Of a stretch of 64,000 nucleotides of DNA, positions 1 to 13,053 are shown piece after piece. This stretch comes from Vairimorpha necatrix (lineage: Eukaryota): the NCBI GenBank assembly GCA_036630325.1, contig CP142737.1:62001-126000 (forward strand), written 5' to 3'. The notes below the pieces were generated by a model. The model ran no database searches and had not been told where the DNA came from. It was given only the letters and a program-made list of their open reading frames with translations. Positions within the stretch are counted from its first letter, which is position 1, and each line of letters starts with the position of its first letter. Made by a program: the position numbers and the translations under genes.

Positions 1-11
1 AAAATTGTATT

Positions 12-2141
12 ATGAAAAAAATAGAAGATCGAGACTATTTGTTGTTCGATCATTCTAAACGTTACATGACAATAAGCATATCTAAGGATCAAGATTTTTA
101 TGGAGATAATAGTGATGCTTTTATAGAAGTTACACTATGCTTTGATATAAAAAACAATTATGAAATAGATTTTATTATTAATTGTGGAAATAAATCTTTA
201 AATCAAATTATAACAGAGTTAGAAGAAAAAATCCAAAGCTTCATAAGTTTTCCATATAATAAAGAATTTGTATTGTTTTACAGTGAGTACCAACTAGGTG
301 ATTCTATCAGTCTTGATGGTACTATTACTATGGAAAATGTTATAGAAACCATTAAAAAAATAAATAGTCAAAGAAAAATAAACAAAAAAGGCAGAGAAAT
401 ATATTATGAAAATATTTGTATAGAATCTGGGTATTTTGAGGACATTATCAAGGAAATAAGTGAAAATAAGGTTAATGTTGAGCACGCTATAAAATACTAC
501 GATTACGTACCAAATTATTTTTTATTTCGTATTGACATAGAAAATAAATCTTTCTTATTTCAATTTTATATTGAGGAAATTGATTATGAGAATGATATAA
601 AAATGAATCTTGAAAATAAATATGACGAGAAAATACTTATTAAACTACTTGAAAGATACAATTTATCATATGAATATTTGTTTGATACACCTTTTATTGT
701 AGTACCGATAAATTGTATACCTAATGGCATAGAAATAATCCATGAAGATATAATTTTTAAAATGGAAATAGAAACCGATGCAGTTGTTTTTTCCCAAAAC
801 TCTAAAATATATATTTATTCTATTCGAGACGATGTACAAGAATTTTTTTTCATTGACGAGCAATGTCTTATGGAATTTAGAAAATTTATAGAAATTGCTT
901 CCAGAATAAATGATGAAAATATCAAAAAAGCGATAGGAATATTTTATCGATTATTAAAGATAGAGAATTTTGTAAACTTTATATTGGAGATCTTGCTAAA
1001 TAGACCAATCTCTGCTATAAAAATTATATTGGCGCATAATCTCCTATATTATAACATTATAGATGAACCTGAACTAAAAGTCGTAATATCGAATGAAAAA
1101 CATAATAATATAAGAAAAACAGAAGTTGTAAATAAGATATTATCTAAAATACATACATTTTATTATAATGAATTTTTTGTGGTAAAAATATGTTTACTAC
1201 TTGAAACTGAAAAATATATTGTCAGAAATAATTTAGAGAATGATGTATTCTGCAAAAACTTAGAACTCATTGGAAATCTTATTAGATTGAAAAATAGTAA
1301 AAATGATTTCGAAATGATTGATAAAAAAGATAATTTTAATTTGATTGGAATACTGGAGGAAATGGTAAGTGTTCATATAGTACACTTTAAGACGTATAAA
1401 AAAAAAGTTTTGACCTATATTTGCAAAACGTTATCATTGTTCACTGGTCTAAATACAAATTTTATTGATTATTTCGACAAGAAACATTACGCTAAAATTG
1501 TAATCTATGAAGTTATTGAAAGTTTTGGACTTAATAAAAATAAAGTAGAGAAATGTAATAAAGTTGTAAGAAAAAAATTGATAGAAAATACTCAAGAAGA
1601 TATAAAACTTGAAGTGGAAAGGAAAAATAAAGAAGCAGAATTCAACAAGATTTTGCAGATACTAAAAAAAAATTCATTAGAAAATGAATTAAAAAAAAGA
1701 AAAAAGGAAGCGCTAAATAGTGACACTGTTGCATTATTTAATAAAGACATAATAAATGAATTTGCAAACGAGTTAATAAGTGACGGGATAAGGCTAATTG
1801 AGAACACTTTTTTATCAAAAATAATAAATAAAGGCATTAACGAACAAATAATAAATGAATATAAAGAAGAGTTAAAAGAAAATTTAATTAAAGAAATAAA
1901 AATTAATATTAAAAAAAACATTAAGAAAAAAAGCAAAATTTCTTTAATGAAAATTACAGTAGAATTATTTAAAAGTGAAGTAAAGAACCTCAATTTTTTA
2001 AGAAAAAACCAAGAAAAAATATTGCATGATATTATAAATCTAATACAAGAAGTTTCCATATTGGAATTTTTTAACAGGGAATTTGGAAAAAATTTACATA
2101 ATATTTTGATAAAAATGCTAAAAAATCAAAATAAATTATAA
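12..2141 (+). CDS. Hypothetical 709-aa protein with K/E/N/I-rich coiled-coil-like C-terminus
   Basis: Long ORF in AT-rich DNA; no motif or signal peptide recognised. The frame is also open from position 3, so the true start may lie outside the window. Confidence 0.75.
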   Translation: MKKIEDRDYLLFDHSKRYMTISISKDQDFYGDNSDAFIEVTLCFDIKNNYEIDFIINCGNKSLNQIITELEEKIQSFISFPYNKEFVLFYSEYQLGDSISLDGTITMENVIETIKKINSQRKINKKGREIYYENICIESGYFEDIIKEISENKVNVEHAIKYYDYVPNYFLFRIDIENKSFLFQFYIEEIDYENDIKMNLENKYDEKILIKLLERYNLSYEYLFDTPFIVVPINCIPNGIEIIHEDIIFKMEIETDAVVFSQNSKIYIYSIRDDVQEFFFIDEQCLMEFRKFIEIASRINDENIKKAIGIFYRLLKIENFVNFILEILLNRPISAIKIILAHNLLYYNIIDEPELKVVISNEKHNNIRKTEVVNKILSKIHTFYYNEFFVVKICLLLETEKYIVRNNLENDVFCKNLELIGNLIRLKNSKNDFEMIDKKDNFNLIGILEEMVSVHIVHFKTYKKKVLTYICKTLSLFTGLNTNFIDYFDKKHYAKIVIYEVIESFGLNKNKVEKCNKVVRKKLIENTQEDIKLEVERKNKEAEFNKILQILKKNSLENELKKRKKEALNSDTVALFNKDIINEFANELISDGIRLIENTFLSKIINKGINEQIINEYKEELKENLIKEIKINIKKNIKKKSKISLMKITVELFKSEVKNLNFLRKNQEKILHDIINLIQEVSILEFFNREFGKNLHNILIKMLKNQNKL

Positions 2142-3285
2142 GATTAGTTTTTTTTTAAATATTGTTAACTTAAATAAGACTTATAATGTAATAATGTGAG
2201 CAACTATATATTTTTTAATTTAATAAATTCTTTTGTTTAATCTTATATATGCAAGTCATATTATTTTAAAGTTCAGATATTTGGTAATGTATTAGCATTA
2301 TTAATTTGCAATATATAAGTGTTAATGTCCAACCCTTTGCAGATTAGACGTGTTTAAAATCATATTTGTAATTTTAGAGCATTCATATGTAGCTTTTATA
2401 CAGATTTATACCTTTTATTTTCTATATAGTAAATTTCCTTTGTAGAAGTAAAAAATACCAATTAATTCATTTCGTATGAAAACATAATTGAAAAATAGAA
2501 TGCTACATAAGCACAAAAAGAACATAAAACTTGAAACAAATATTTATTCTTTAGCATTTCTAGATAGGAAAACAATTAGAGCTATGAATAAAAACATTAT
2601 GTCAATGAAATAACACCAATTGTTGGAATTAAATGTGTATTTAACACTTTTAAGCGAATGAGTGGCACCATAGTCACGTTTAATATTATTTTAATTAAAC
2701 CCATTATTTTAATATTTTTTGGAAATTCAAAAAAATTTTATATTTTAAAGATGATTCTTTATAGTCTAATAAAAAAAATAAATGGTCAAACATGTCCAAT
2801 GCAAAACAACGAGTTATCAAGGGTTGATACATCAAATTATTTGAAGTAAAAGTGACTCATGAAGGAAGAAAAAGGAAAAAAAAACTTGTCATTAGTGTAT
2901 TTGTTTTTTTATTCAAAAAAAAATATAAAGTTTTGCAAATCAAAAAGTTCCTAATTGTTTTCTGTATCAAAAAACAAATAATAACCCCAAAAACGTAAAT
3001 AGAGAAGGTTAGAGTAATTATTGATATAAATATTTGTACATAATATGTTTTTTTTTGCATATATCCGGCCATTACGGCATTATTTAGCTCTTACAACTTA
3101 CTACAAGTAGATAAAGGTTTCCCCTATTAACATATAGTATTATTAAATAAGATGCAAAATGAAAAATTACAAAAATATATTTTTGGCTTTATTATTTACC
3201 TAGTACATTTAAATTCTTAGCATTTCCTAACGTGTAGCATATACAACCTTCAAAGATTAATACAAGTATATATATATCAGTACAT

Positions 3286-3745
3286 GACACCAGAATCAAC
3301 ACAGATGTAAGAATACAATTTAATAAGTCTGATATACTTGCACTGGACAAATATAATAAAAATTACCCTCATCGAAATAGGAATAACTTCCCAGGATAAT
3401 TTACGGAAAGAACGATATCTTAGAAAATGATTCGAGCCTAATGTACAAATCCAAAGTTCAAATAATACTATACGTCATGAACAGGAACGAAATTGTGACA
3501 AAATACCACAGCAATTATGTTAATGCCATCGGCCTACCGAATAATACCGAAGCTTAAATCCAAATGAGAATTATAAAGAATATACTAGAGAGCATCTTTT
3601 ATAAATAGTAGCACGGACTCGCCGAGGGAAAATCTGGAACCAAGAACATAGTAAAGGTGCAAAGAAGGGGGTATAACAGAAAGAGTGCTCTGCGGTGGAG
3701 GTAAATGAAGAAAATAAACCCAATAATAGCTTCAATAAATATATT
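3286..3745 (+). mobile_element. Degraded 3' fragment of an RLE-type non-LTR retrotransposon
   Basis: Frameshifted translation DTRINTDVRIQFNKSDILALDK..ITLIEIGITSQD..LMYKSKVQIILYVM..IVTKYH..EA*IQMRIIKNILESI aligns with the endonuclease at 60957-61637. The 3' part matches 49636-49870 at nucleotide level. Confidence 0.8.
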
Positions 3746-4010
3746 TTAATATATCAAAACAAAAAAAAACAATGATAAATTTATCTGTAATAAAACCTTT
3801 TATTTCTGACTATAATATGCACAAAATAGGCGATATAGTTACTAAACCATCACAAGTCATTGTTAAAACGACAATATTATTCAAATGACATATTATAACA
3901 ATGTTTACGTAAGCTTATTGCATTTTTAAAATAGAACGCTCGTATTTAGTTGATATTTTAATTTTTATAGTTTATAAAAAAAATTTAATTTCTTGTGAAA
4001 TAGAATTTAG

Positions 4011-4602
4011 AGTACATGACCGTTTGAAACCTGCATTGACAATTTGAAAGTACCCCTAGAATAAAAAATGACGAAATTAGTGTAAACAGATGAGTTTTTT
4101 TGACTATGGAAATAAGTTAAAGTAAATTTAGAGAAATTGCATTATGCAAAACAAGCATGTGCCTTACTTGTCCTGTGCCTAGTAGAAATGCAACTATTCT
4201 TCTTAATGCAATACAAGATAATATATTACTTAGTTCTATTTGATCACAGATCCGTGGAGAGCCTCTGATGCCACATTAGAAAAATTACAGGAATAGAGCA
4301 CAGGACTGTAAGAGAAGCTGTCAATTTCATCAAATTTATTGATCCTGAGATACAATATCACTCAAATTGAGAGATTTTGGTTTCTTTCCAAGAGAAATAT
4401 TCGATCTTAACATAAGATAAACTAGGGCGAACTCTATGAGTGCCTTAAACAGTTGCTCTGGTCTTGTAAAATGCCGAAAAGTCGAACTATAAATCATATT
4501 TTCCAATTATTTAAAGTAATAGAACAAGTCTCTTTTTTATAATTTTTTATTATTATTACTTTTTTTTTAATTTTCAATTCGAGGTCAAAACGGTCATGTA
4601 CC
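4011..4602 (+). mobile_element. Internally deleted Merlin/IS1595-like DNA transposon (family A, copy 1)
   Basis: Terminal inverted repeats GTACATGACCGTTT (4012-4025) and AAACGGTCATGTAC (4588-4601). Broken DDE remnants ITDPWRA..EHRTV..TQIERFW..SKRNIRS. No convincing TSD. Confidence 0.8.
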
Positions 4603-6719
4603 ATGTTTATTGCCTACCTTTTGGTTGTTATAGAATTGAAAAATTTTTAAAAAATTTCAACATTTTATGTTCACTTTTTAATTTAATATTATATCTATCT
4701 GTTCTGGGTTGTTATATGTTTTACCGTCAAACAAATCGCCTTTTTAGATCGATTAATGTTGCATCTTATTATGAATACAATATCAATCATAAAATATATG
4801 AGCTATCCCCATAGCTTAAAAGAAATGCAATGAAAGAGATATATACTGATATTTAAACAAATGTCTATTCTAAATATTTTTATCAACAACTTAGATTTCA
4901 TTGTTTGAAGTGTTAAGTTTTTTATACATCTTAAAATATTTTTTTTTATACCTCAATGTTTTACCTCGTTTTTTTAATTTTTTATAGAAGGATTTAAACG
5001 CTGTCTATACATACTATTAAAAATTTTGGAAAACGGATTGTGCTGTATTAATTTCAATTCAAGCCTATTTTTCGCCTAATACAACTTCTAAATTTTTTAT
5101 TACCTGAGAACTGTATCTATATTCCGAATACATTCGAAATTTTTGCTCCTTTTTTATAGATTCTTGTCAATCTTCTTATTTTTTCTACTACCTTCGAATA
5201 CTCTACTACGACTTATATGGAAAGTTTTTAAAATTTATCCGTAAAATTTCGTTCCTTCATTTTGAAGTGCTTCTCTATTATTTGTCACAATTTTTTTTGT
5301 ATATTAAATTATTTTTTTAACGAAAGAAATTTCACGCTTGTTTCATATCTTGTATCTATCATTCGAGACTTCCAATGTAAATAATAAAAACAGTCCAATA
5401 TATTTCTACAAAGTAATAAATTCATATTAATTTGATATAAGCAATTTCTCCTCCAAATAAGCTTTTAAATATAATTTTTTACACTTATGTGGCCTTAAAA
5501 TAATTTATTGTATGTTTTTAGGGCTCTGCATAATATTATTTTTTTAATATATTTTCCCATATATGCGCCAAAGAGTGAATCCAATTAAAATAAAAATTTC
5601 AAGATCTCTTTAGTTTATCAACAGAAGAAAAAAATTGCTTTAAACCAACTACTCAAATCGTTTTTGTGGTTACTACTTTACATGTTATATCGATCTCTTA
5701 TTGACTGATGTTATTATTTATTTTCTTATGTGTCGGTGTTCTGCAATATAAACTTAGTTTAAACTATCAACCAAAGTATATTCGTCTGGTTGCTAAAAGA
5801 TTATTGCAAAATTGAATACCATATATTATCTATGCATTAGTAAAATATAAATATACACCATGTTTTCGACTGCGCCTATGGCATATTTTAGTTTAAGTTT
5901 CCTATATTTGCTCTACCCAAATTCATTTTTATCGTAGCTGTACGCTTTTTGTCTTAAAACTAATATGTTATTTGAGTATTTAGTAAAATATTTTTTAATT
6001 TAATAATCTGTTGGATTAATCGATATTTTAAGTTTTATAGCATATTAATTTAATAAATAAAAGGCGTCTAATTATCAAATTACCATGTTTGAGCTCTATC
6101 AAGGAATTCTTTCTAGAGGTATTTGTAATGTAGTCTGTTTATCCTATTCGTCTTATTAAACAATTCCTTATATATACGTGTTTACGTATCTGTACATCAA
6201 AAAGTATCTCTAAATCCAATCATTGTATTTTTTTTCTTCTTTCTCGTAAATCATTTATTTTTATACTTTAGACTCTAAATCCCCTTTTATTTAAAAATTA
6301 TATATAATTATTATTTTCGAAAATAATTATTGATTTAGCCTAGAGTTCAAATCCATAACAAAATCTACTTACTTTTAATATTCTCGTCGAGTTGAATTCT
6401 CTGAGTTATAATTATTCAAGTTCATAGAATAGTATAATTATAATTAAAATACTTGTTTTAATTGTTAAAGGATTTTTATTAATATAATTCTTTTGTTAAC
6501 GCCGTAGAGACATTATGTTTTTTTATGTCATTTGACGAAATTTACTGTAACTTTCGCCGTTGTATAAAATTAAAAAATGAATGATTACTAGCGAATAGTC
6601 TTTTCTGATTTCAAGTAATTTTAAAGCACGTTGTATATTACTTTTAAAATAAAGTACCACGCAGTAACTTAACCTCTTTTCAACTTACTTTGTCTTATTA
6701 TTTTTGAGTTTCATATAAT

Positions 6720-7140
6720 TCCCTCTTAAATTTTATATACTGTCTCTTTTATATAATGAGTGGTAGAAATTTTACAAATAAATCACATATACTATTAATA
6801 ACCAAACTTTATATCCTTTGTATACGTTGTGCATGGCAATATTGTCCATAGAATCATACTCGTTATTTCTCATGACCACATAATTCTTATTATCGCAATT
6901 TTTGCGGTGATTTTTGAATAGTTCCCCATCACATTCATCTTTGATAAATTGCATTGAATAAATATCGTTTTAATCGATCTTGCTATACTATAAGCAATAT
7001 AACCCCAGTAAACCTACTGTTATCACCTCTTTCTACCCTAAATGTTTCTTATGTTTTATCTTCAACTGCCCTACGAAACATCTGCTTCTTTAATATATGC
7101 CTTTCTGATACTAATCTGGTACGCCTATTTGATTAATGTT
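6720..7140 (-). mobile_element. Probable degraded IS630/Tc1-mariner transposase relic
   Basis: Minus-strand fragments DGELFKN..MDNIAMH..WL..KFLP resemble the IS630/Tc1 pattern G..F..F..MDN..H..FLPPYSP. Many stops; no TIR seen. Confidence 0.4.
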
Positions 7141-7881
7141 CAATATATCTTTTTCTAATTACTTAAGCTGGTATCGATAGCCGTTATATCTTTTCAATAA
7201 TGAACTTATTATAAAATGCAATTACTTTTTAACAAAAAAAAAAGAATCCTTCTTGGTTCGTATTTCCGACTTTTAGTTTCGCAATAACAAATTTTTTTAA
7301 TTTTTTATGATTGATTTATATTGAGTTTTAAATTTTCTAACTGAGTTTTTTTGATATTTTGCTTAATTTTAATGGTTTTAACTTATACTTTCTTTTTTTC
7401 TTAATGGTCTTTAATAACCACATTAAAGACAATTCCGTTTCGTTTTCTCTTCCATTGCAATTAATATATAACTAAATAAATTTATTTTATCTTTGTAATG
7501 CCTTACTTCGCTTTTTTATATTTTATGCGAGAACATAGGTGCTTTGTAATAAATTTAAACACTTTTCCACGTTTTCAAATTTATTTCAATTATGAAAAAT
7601 TGAAATTTTAAACTGACGACACGACGGTTTTCTATCTGTATATATATATATGGCTCGAATATACACACTTAATTTGAGTATATCATCAATTAATTGTTCT
7701 ATTGCAACTTCTAGGTTTTTTTTACAACAAGTACTAAAAGGAGAAAAAATTATGGATAACATCAGGAAATAAAAAACAAATTGCATTTACACTATATAAG
7801 ATTATATCTAAATTCTAAAAAAGGCATAAATTAATTTACCGGCAAACTTTTAATTGTTTAACAACCAAAGCATTGTATGTT

Positions 7882-9066
7882 TCAGGCATTAAATTTTAAC
7901 AAATCGCTTAAACACTTATTCATATTTTTAAAGGATTTTATATATTTGTCTCTTCTTCTATCAATGACTGTAAACTTTTTTGTTATTTCGCCAAAATGAT
8001 AGACAATATCTTCAACATCATCATAAAAATTGGTAAGTTCATTATTTAATAAATTAAGTATAGATATAAATGAAGTCTTTGCAAACAATGTCAGTATCTC
8101 AATCCAAAATTTATTTTTTTTAATTATCATATGAGCATGCATATTATAAGCTAAATTTTTTTTTCCTCTTTCTTCCAACCCCGCAATAATATAAGTGAAA
8201 AAATCTCTGATTTTTATAAAATTGATTTTAAAACTACTTGGAAGTTCTTCCTCTTCGATTGCTTTAAATATTTTCGAAAAGTGTCTTTTAACGCTATGAT
8301 TTAGGTGAACAAACATTTTTTTTACAAATAATCTGTTTTTTTCATATTCTTCTTTGGTTTTGTTGTTAAATTTTGGTAGATTGACGATAACACTAGCATT
8401 CAAATTATTTACGATATCTAGTTTTTGTTTATTACGCTTTAATTGCCTATGGCATTTTCTTGATAATATAGTTAGTAGTGGAACTTTGCTTGGTTTTTGT
8501 TTTTTTACCTTATGTGTTTTGATATGCGAAGATACGTTTTTTACTGGTGGCGTATTATTATTAAAATCGTCTGTCTTATTTGCTTTAGACAAATCTTCTT
8601 CAGTGTATTTTAGATTTGCTTTCAGATGACAAGACCCCAAGGATGTTTCAGGTTTAGAAGTAGAACATAATTTGTTTATGTTCCTCTTTTGTAAATCTTT
8701 CCCGTTTTCATTACCTTTATCTTCGAGATAATGAACTGTTCTTGAGCTGGCCCCATAAGTTTCAGATGTTGTACCAATAGGCGCTGGATTTGAATATTTA
8801 AAATCTAAGTTTTGCAAAATATGATACGATTTGTGTGTATTTTCATCAAAACTTATAAAATTTTCTTTGTTTGGTGATAGTTTTTCGAGATTTTCTTCTT
8901 CACTCCTCGTCATAAGAACGTATTTTTCCTGCAATCCCAAAAATTCATGATTATTTATTAGCTTATCTTCATGTACTATACTATTGAGTAAAATGATATC
9001 TTTAACGTCTTCATCCGTTATGGCAAAATATTCCGAACAATTAATTAAACAATAAATCAATATCAT
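7882..9066 (-). CDS. Putative secreted lineage-specific protein, Cys10-leader family, 394 aa
   Basis: GCCCATAAAATG start context; leader MILIYCLINC-S; low-complexity middle with basic patches; helical C-terminal domain aligns with 13054-14103 and more distantly with 50529-51473. Confidence 0.8.
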   Translation of the reverse strand: MILIYCLINCSEYFAITDEDVKDIILLNSIVHEDKLINNHEFLGLQEKYVLMTRSEEENLEKLSPNKENFISFDENTHKSYHILQNLDFKYSNPAPIGTTSETYGASSRTVHYLEDKGNENGKDLQKRNINKLCSTSKPETSLGSCHLKANLKYTEEDLSKANKTDDFNNNTPPVKNVSSHIKTHKVKKQKPSKVPLLTILSRKCHRQLKRNKQKLDIVNNLNASVIVNLPKFNNKTKEEYEKNRLFVKKMFVHLNHSVKRHFSKIFKAIEEEELPSSFKINFIKIRDFFTYIIAGLEERGKKNLAYNMHAHMIIKKNKFWIEILTLFAKTSFISILNLLNNELTNFYDDVEDIVYHFGEITKKFTVIDRRRDKYIKSFKNMNKCLSDLLKFNA

Positions 9067-11093
9067 TTTATGGGCAAATTTAGATTTTTAAAAAAAATTC
9101 GAACATTAATTTATAAGTCTATGAAACTATCAGATTTATATTAAAATAGACATTAAATTGTATAGATGATAAATCCTAGATTCAACATTTAAGAATTTAA
9201 TACGGGAATAAGCAAATTTATTTTAAAAAATCATAATAATTACAAATGAATTCAGCTTTTGATTTTTAATTTTTTTTAATATAACCATATTGTTTGAGTA
9301 ATTAATTTTTAATTTTTTTCGGGGCAGAGTAAATAACTAGGAACTCTCTATACGATGATAATAAGTGCTAAGAAAACCTTTAATACAAAAATTTAACGTA
9401 AAATTACACTTACATTATGTGAAGAGCATATAAAATTTGACACACTTGGAAAATTTCCAAATTACAAAGAAATTTACTCTTTAGAAAGAAATATGAGATG
9501 CTAGTTTAAGAACATTTGTCTTGATTCCAAAAAACAGTATTTGTGCTTGAGAATATATTGATTATATTGTTCTATTTGTAAAAATTTAAATTCCAGCATA
9601 TTCAGTTTACTTTTAATTTGTTGACACAATATTACGTTTATAAACGTTATTTTAAGCTAAAAACAAAACATATATAATAATCATAAAAAACATAACTATT
9701 TTAAAATTGCGTTTATGTAATACATATTCATAAATATAGAATAGATTTTTTTTTTTGTATTAAATTTTCTTTTTTTTAAGTCGAAATTTAATAACTAAAT
9801 GATGTTACCGAACAATTTTTGATAACGTTCAATCATCTCGTAAAAAATTTCTTTCGAGACTTTTTATTTTTTTAAATGCATTTCTATAATTTTAAGATAT
9901 TTTATTTGTTCAGTGAAAGACATTATTTAATATAAAAAATTGGCAAATTTTCAAATAGGAATAACCATCGATAACAGATTGAATGACATATTGCAAATAA
10001 TTCGATAAAATAACTTAAACAAAGATTAAAGTTGATCGAGTTTGCGCCCTAAATTTTGTCATAAAACTTCAAATAATGATTTTTTATGGCATAAAAGCTT
10101 AAAAATGGCTTACAAAATCTATTATTAAATTTGTTTTGCTGAAATGATCATAAGCTAGAAGACCATTTTGAGGCATATACAACTAGGGCTCTCAAAATTA
10201 CACTGAAAAGCTTGACGATGGGCATTTACTAAAGTACGTAGGCTACATCAGAACTGTTATAGGTGAAAGGAACGAAAGAAGATAGAAGCTGCATTAGTTG
10301 ATTCTAGAGGCTTTTTAACAGCCCATAAAATTCCAAGACATTAATTTCTACCATAATTTACTTTTGTTTTAGAGATTTTTATAATAAAAATGTATAAAAC
10401 ATAGTACAAATAAGATCTAAGCTTATGCAAACATCGTATTGCAAATAATGCAGGGTTTGAGATATTGAAAATTGCATGGGCAGAAATCATACGAATAACA
10501 ATGACTAATATTTGATTAAGTACATTGGTTTGTTTTATAAAAAAATTACATCGTTGCATGGATATTTGAAATTAGAAATTTTTTGCATTATAGCATCAAA
10601 AATAGCGCTTAAGCTTATTGCCTAAAAAATGTTAAAACACAACTTTGAGCACAATATAAGATACATATATAATTTTCATGGCCCAGTAAAGCTTTATATT
10701 TATTTAAGCTTTTTTTAAGATACTGTGGTGCACAAAATTTATAATACAATTCGAATGTATGCGTTTTTTATAACAGTCATGATATGTATAAAATCAATTA
10801 TTTCTATTTATTAGAAACAAAAAATAAGAAAATCTGAAGAATTTCACTATTAACATGCTGTATACATGTATATATTAATTTTTGAATTTGTGTCGCTCCA
10901 ATAGCTTAGGTTGATTTGCCGTATCAAAAAATTAAGGAGTCAACTAATAATTATATTTAAGTAAAAAAATAGTTATATATGCATTTTGTAAACCTTAAAT
11001 GCTCAGTAAACATGAAATATGATGTTGTGAATGTGTATCAAAATATTTAAGTACGTTGTCGGATTTTGGTTGAATAAAACAGTTCTCGTTTTA

Positions 11094-11715
11094 TGTACAT
11101 GAGTGTTTTGAACCCGTTTTGGGAAAATGAACCCGCTTTGAAAATTATAAGGACCCTATAAAAATTGGCAAAAACAATGTTTGTTGAGGAAAATGAGCTT
11201 TTTAGTGATAAAATTAATCTATATATGAAAAACAAAGAAAAGTTTATTTTGGAAACATTTGATGCTGAATCAGCGTGTGCCTTGCTCGGGTTTGTAACTA
11301 GTAGATATACTGATATTTCCTTAAGTTATAGAAGATAATGTACAACCTATTTTTATTAGGTCCACTATCAATAAGTAGAATATAAGCTACATTAGACAAG
11401 CAAAGGGATGGAACACAGGTCTGTGAATCACTCTATCAATTATATAAAATCTTGCGATTCGGAGACACAATAATAAATAATTTAGTTTGTTTTGGCTCAT
11501 TTCTAAAAGAAATATTCGATCTAGACATGGAATAAACCGAGACAAACACTATGAGTACCTTTTACAATTCCTCTTGGCTTATAAAATCTCAAAATTACGT
11601 ACAAACGTCTTCTTTTATTATTTAAAATGAATCGTTACAGCTCTTTTTTTATAATTTTTTTATTTTTCCCTTTTTTTTTGAAATTTTCAAGGCGTGTTCC
11701 AAACGGTCATGTACC
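11094..11715 (+). mobile_element. Internally deleted Merlin/IS1595-like DNA transposon (family A, copy 2)
   Basis: Right TIR CAAACGGTCATGTACC (11700-11715) matches copy 1; degenerate left TIR GTACATGAGTGTTTTG at 11095. Remnants MEHRSVNHSINY..ISKRNIRSRHGINRDKHYEYL are homologous to 4011-4602. Confidence 0.8.
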
Positions 11716-13053
11716 GCGTTATATTTTAAAAATGTAGAATGGCTCGGTAAAAGTAATTATATCTGCTATAAATCACATCGAATATTTAATGTACATTTAA
11801 TAATAATTAAAATAAAATAAACCACTTGGGCCAATTTGTTATTCATAAAGCTAAAATGAAAATGCTTTTGTTTAATGTAAAAAAAATATCTATATGATCT
11901 ATATTCAGAATCAAAGATTTAAAATTTGCTTTAAATATAATTAACTATGCTTTCCTATATGTCTTCTGGTTTGATGATAAAGTGTTTTTCTGTTTTATTT
12001 AATCCCTATGATTCATTTTCAGCTTAAATGTCTCTATGTAAAAATAATATATTAAATTCGTTATCTTCTTTTGCTAACAAAAAATGTTGAAATATTAGAT
12101 TTCTAGGGAAAGAGCAGATTTACAATATGAATCAAGTTATATTAAAAAAACACCATAATATTTCAGTCAAAACCACATTTTTAACTCACAACCTCTACTT
12201 TATTCAAACCGAATTTATGTTATCTTGAGTGTCTCTGAAATATTTGCATAAATTTCTTGAGGATAGGCCGTGTGTTATCTAAATTTTAGTTTAGATTTCG
12301 CATTCATGTAAATATCATTTTATTAAAATCATAATGACGTTATTTTCTTCTTTCATTATTTTTTTCAATAAAAACTTAAAAATATTCTTGGAATTTCTTA
12401 TCTTTTATATTATTCGTATTTAGCAATTACATAGATATAGTATTCTATAAAACTTCAATATATCCTTAAAAAATTAGTCCCAACTCATACCAGACAATCC
12501 AAGTTTATAGTTTTATGTAATGATAGTGCCAAAGTGAAATATGTTTAATATTATTAATCGCATAAAGTCTAGATAAAAGACGTCTGACTACTATTGATTC
12601 AAATTTAGGAAAATATTATATTAGACAATTTCTCCAATTTAGTGCACTCTAATATCGTCTAAAATTAAATTTACTTACCACTGTATAACAGTTACAATTT
12701 GTATATTTCTTAGGAAAACATATAGATAGTGCAAACATGTTCAGATTTTGTCATGTGATTGTTTTATTCAAAAATTTATAGTTTTGAATTGTTTCATTGT
12801 AATATTTTCCATTTTAGTTTTTTTTTTCGAAAAGAAACTTAATACAATCAACTTGGTAAGCTTTATGCTCATAAATCAGGTATATCTTCCAGACGTCAAA
12901 ATATAAACAAAAAATATGTATATAACCATGTTTTTACTAATTTTGTCGCTCAACCTTTATCTTGTAATAAATCATTCTTGGAAACCCTTAAATTTATATT
13001 TGAAAGCAATCATACCATTCTTTTATGCATTTACTGTTGTTAATGAAATTTTT

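Noticed and set aside
294..2059. Short antisense or overlapping ORFs here and inside other long genes and TEs
   Set aside because: Shadow frames of real coding sequence with F/L/I/S-biased composition and no motifs.
5100..6400. Possible decayed gypsy relic on the minus strand (SSW.., AYLEE..)
   Set aside because: Similarity too weak and fragmented to support without an alignment search.
10030..10700. Coding-like stretch, possible pseudogene or TE relic
   Set aside because: No recognisable motif or boundary in any frame.
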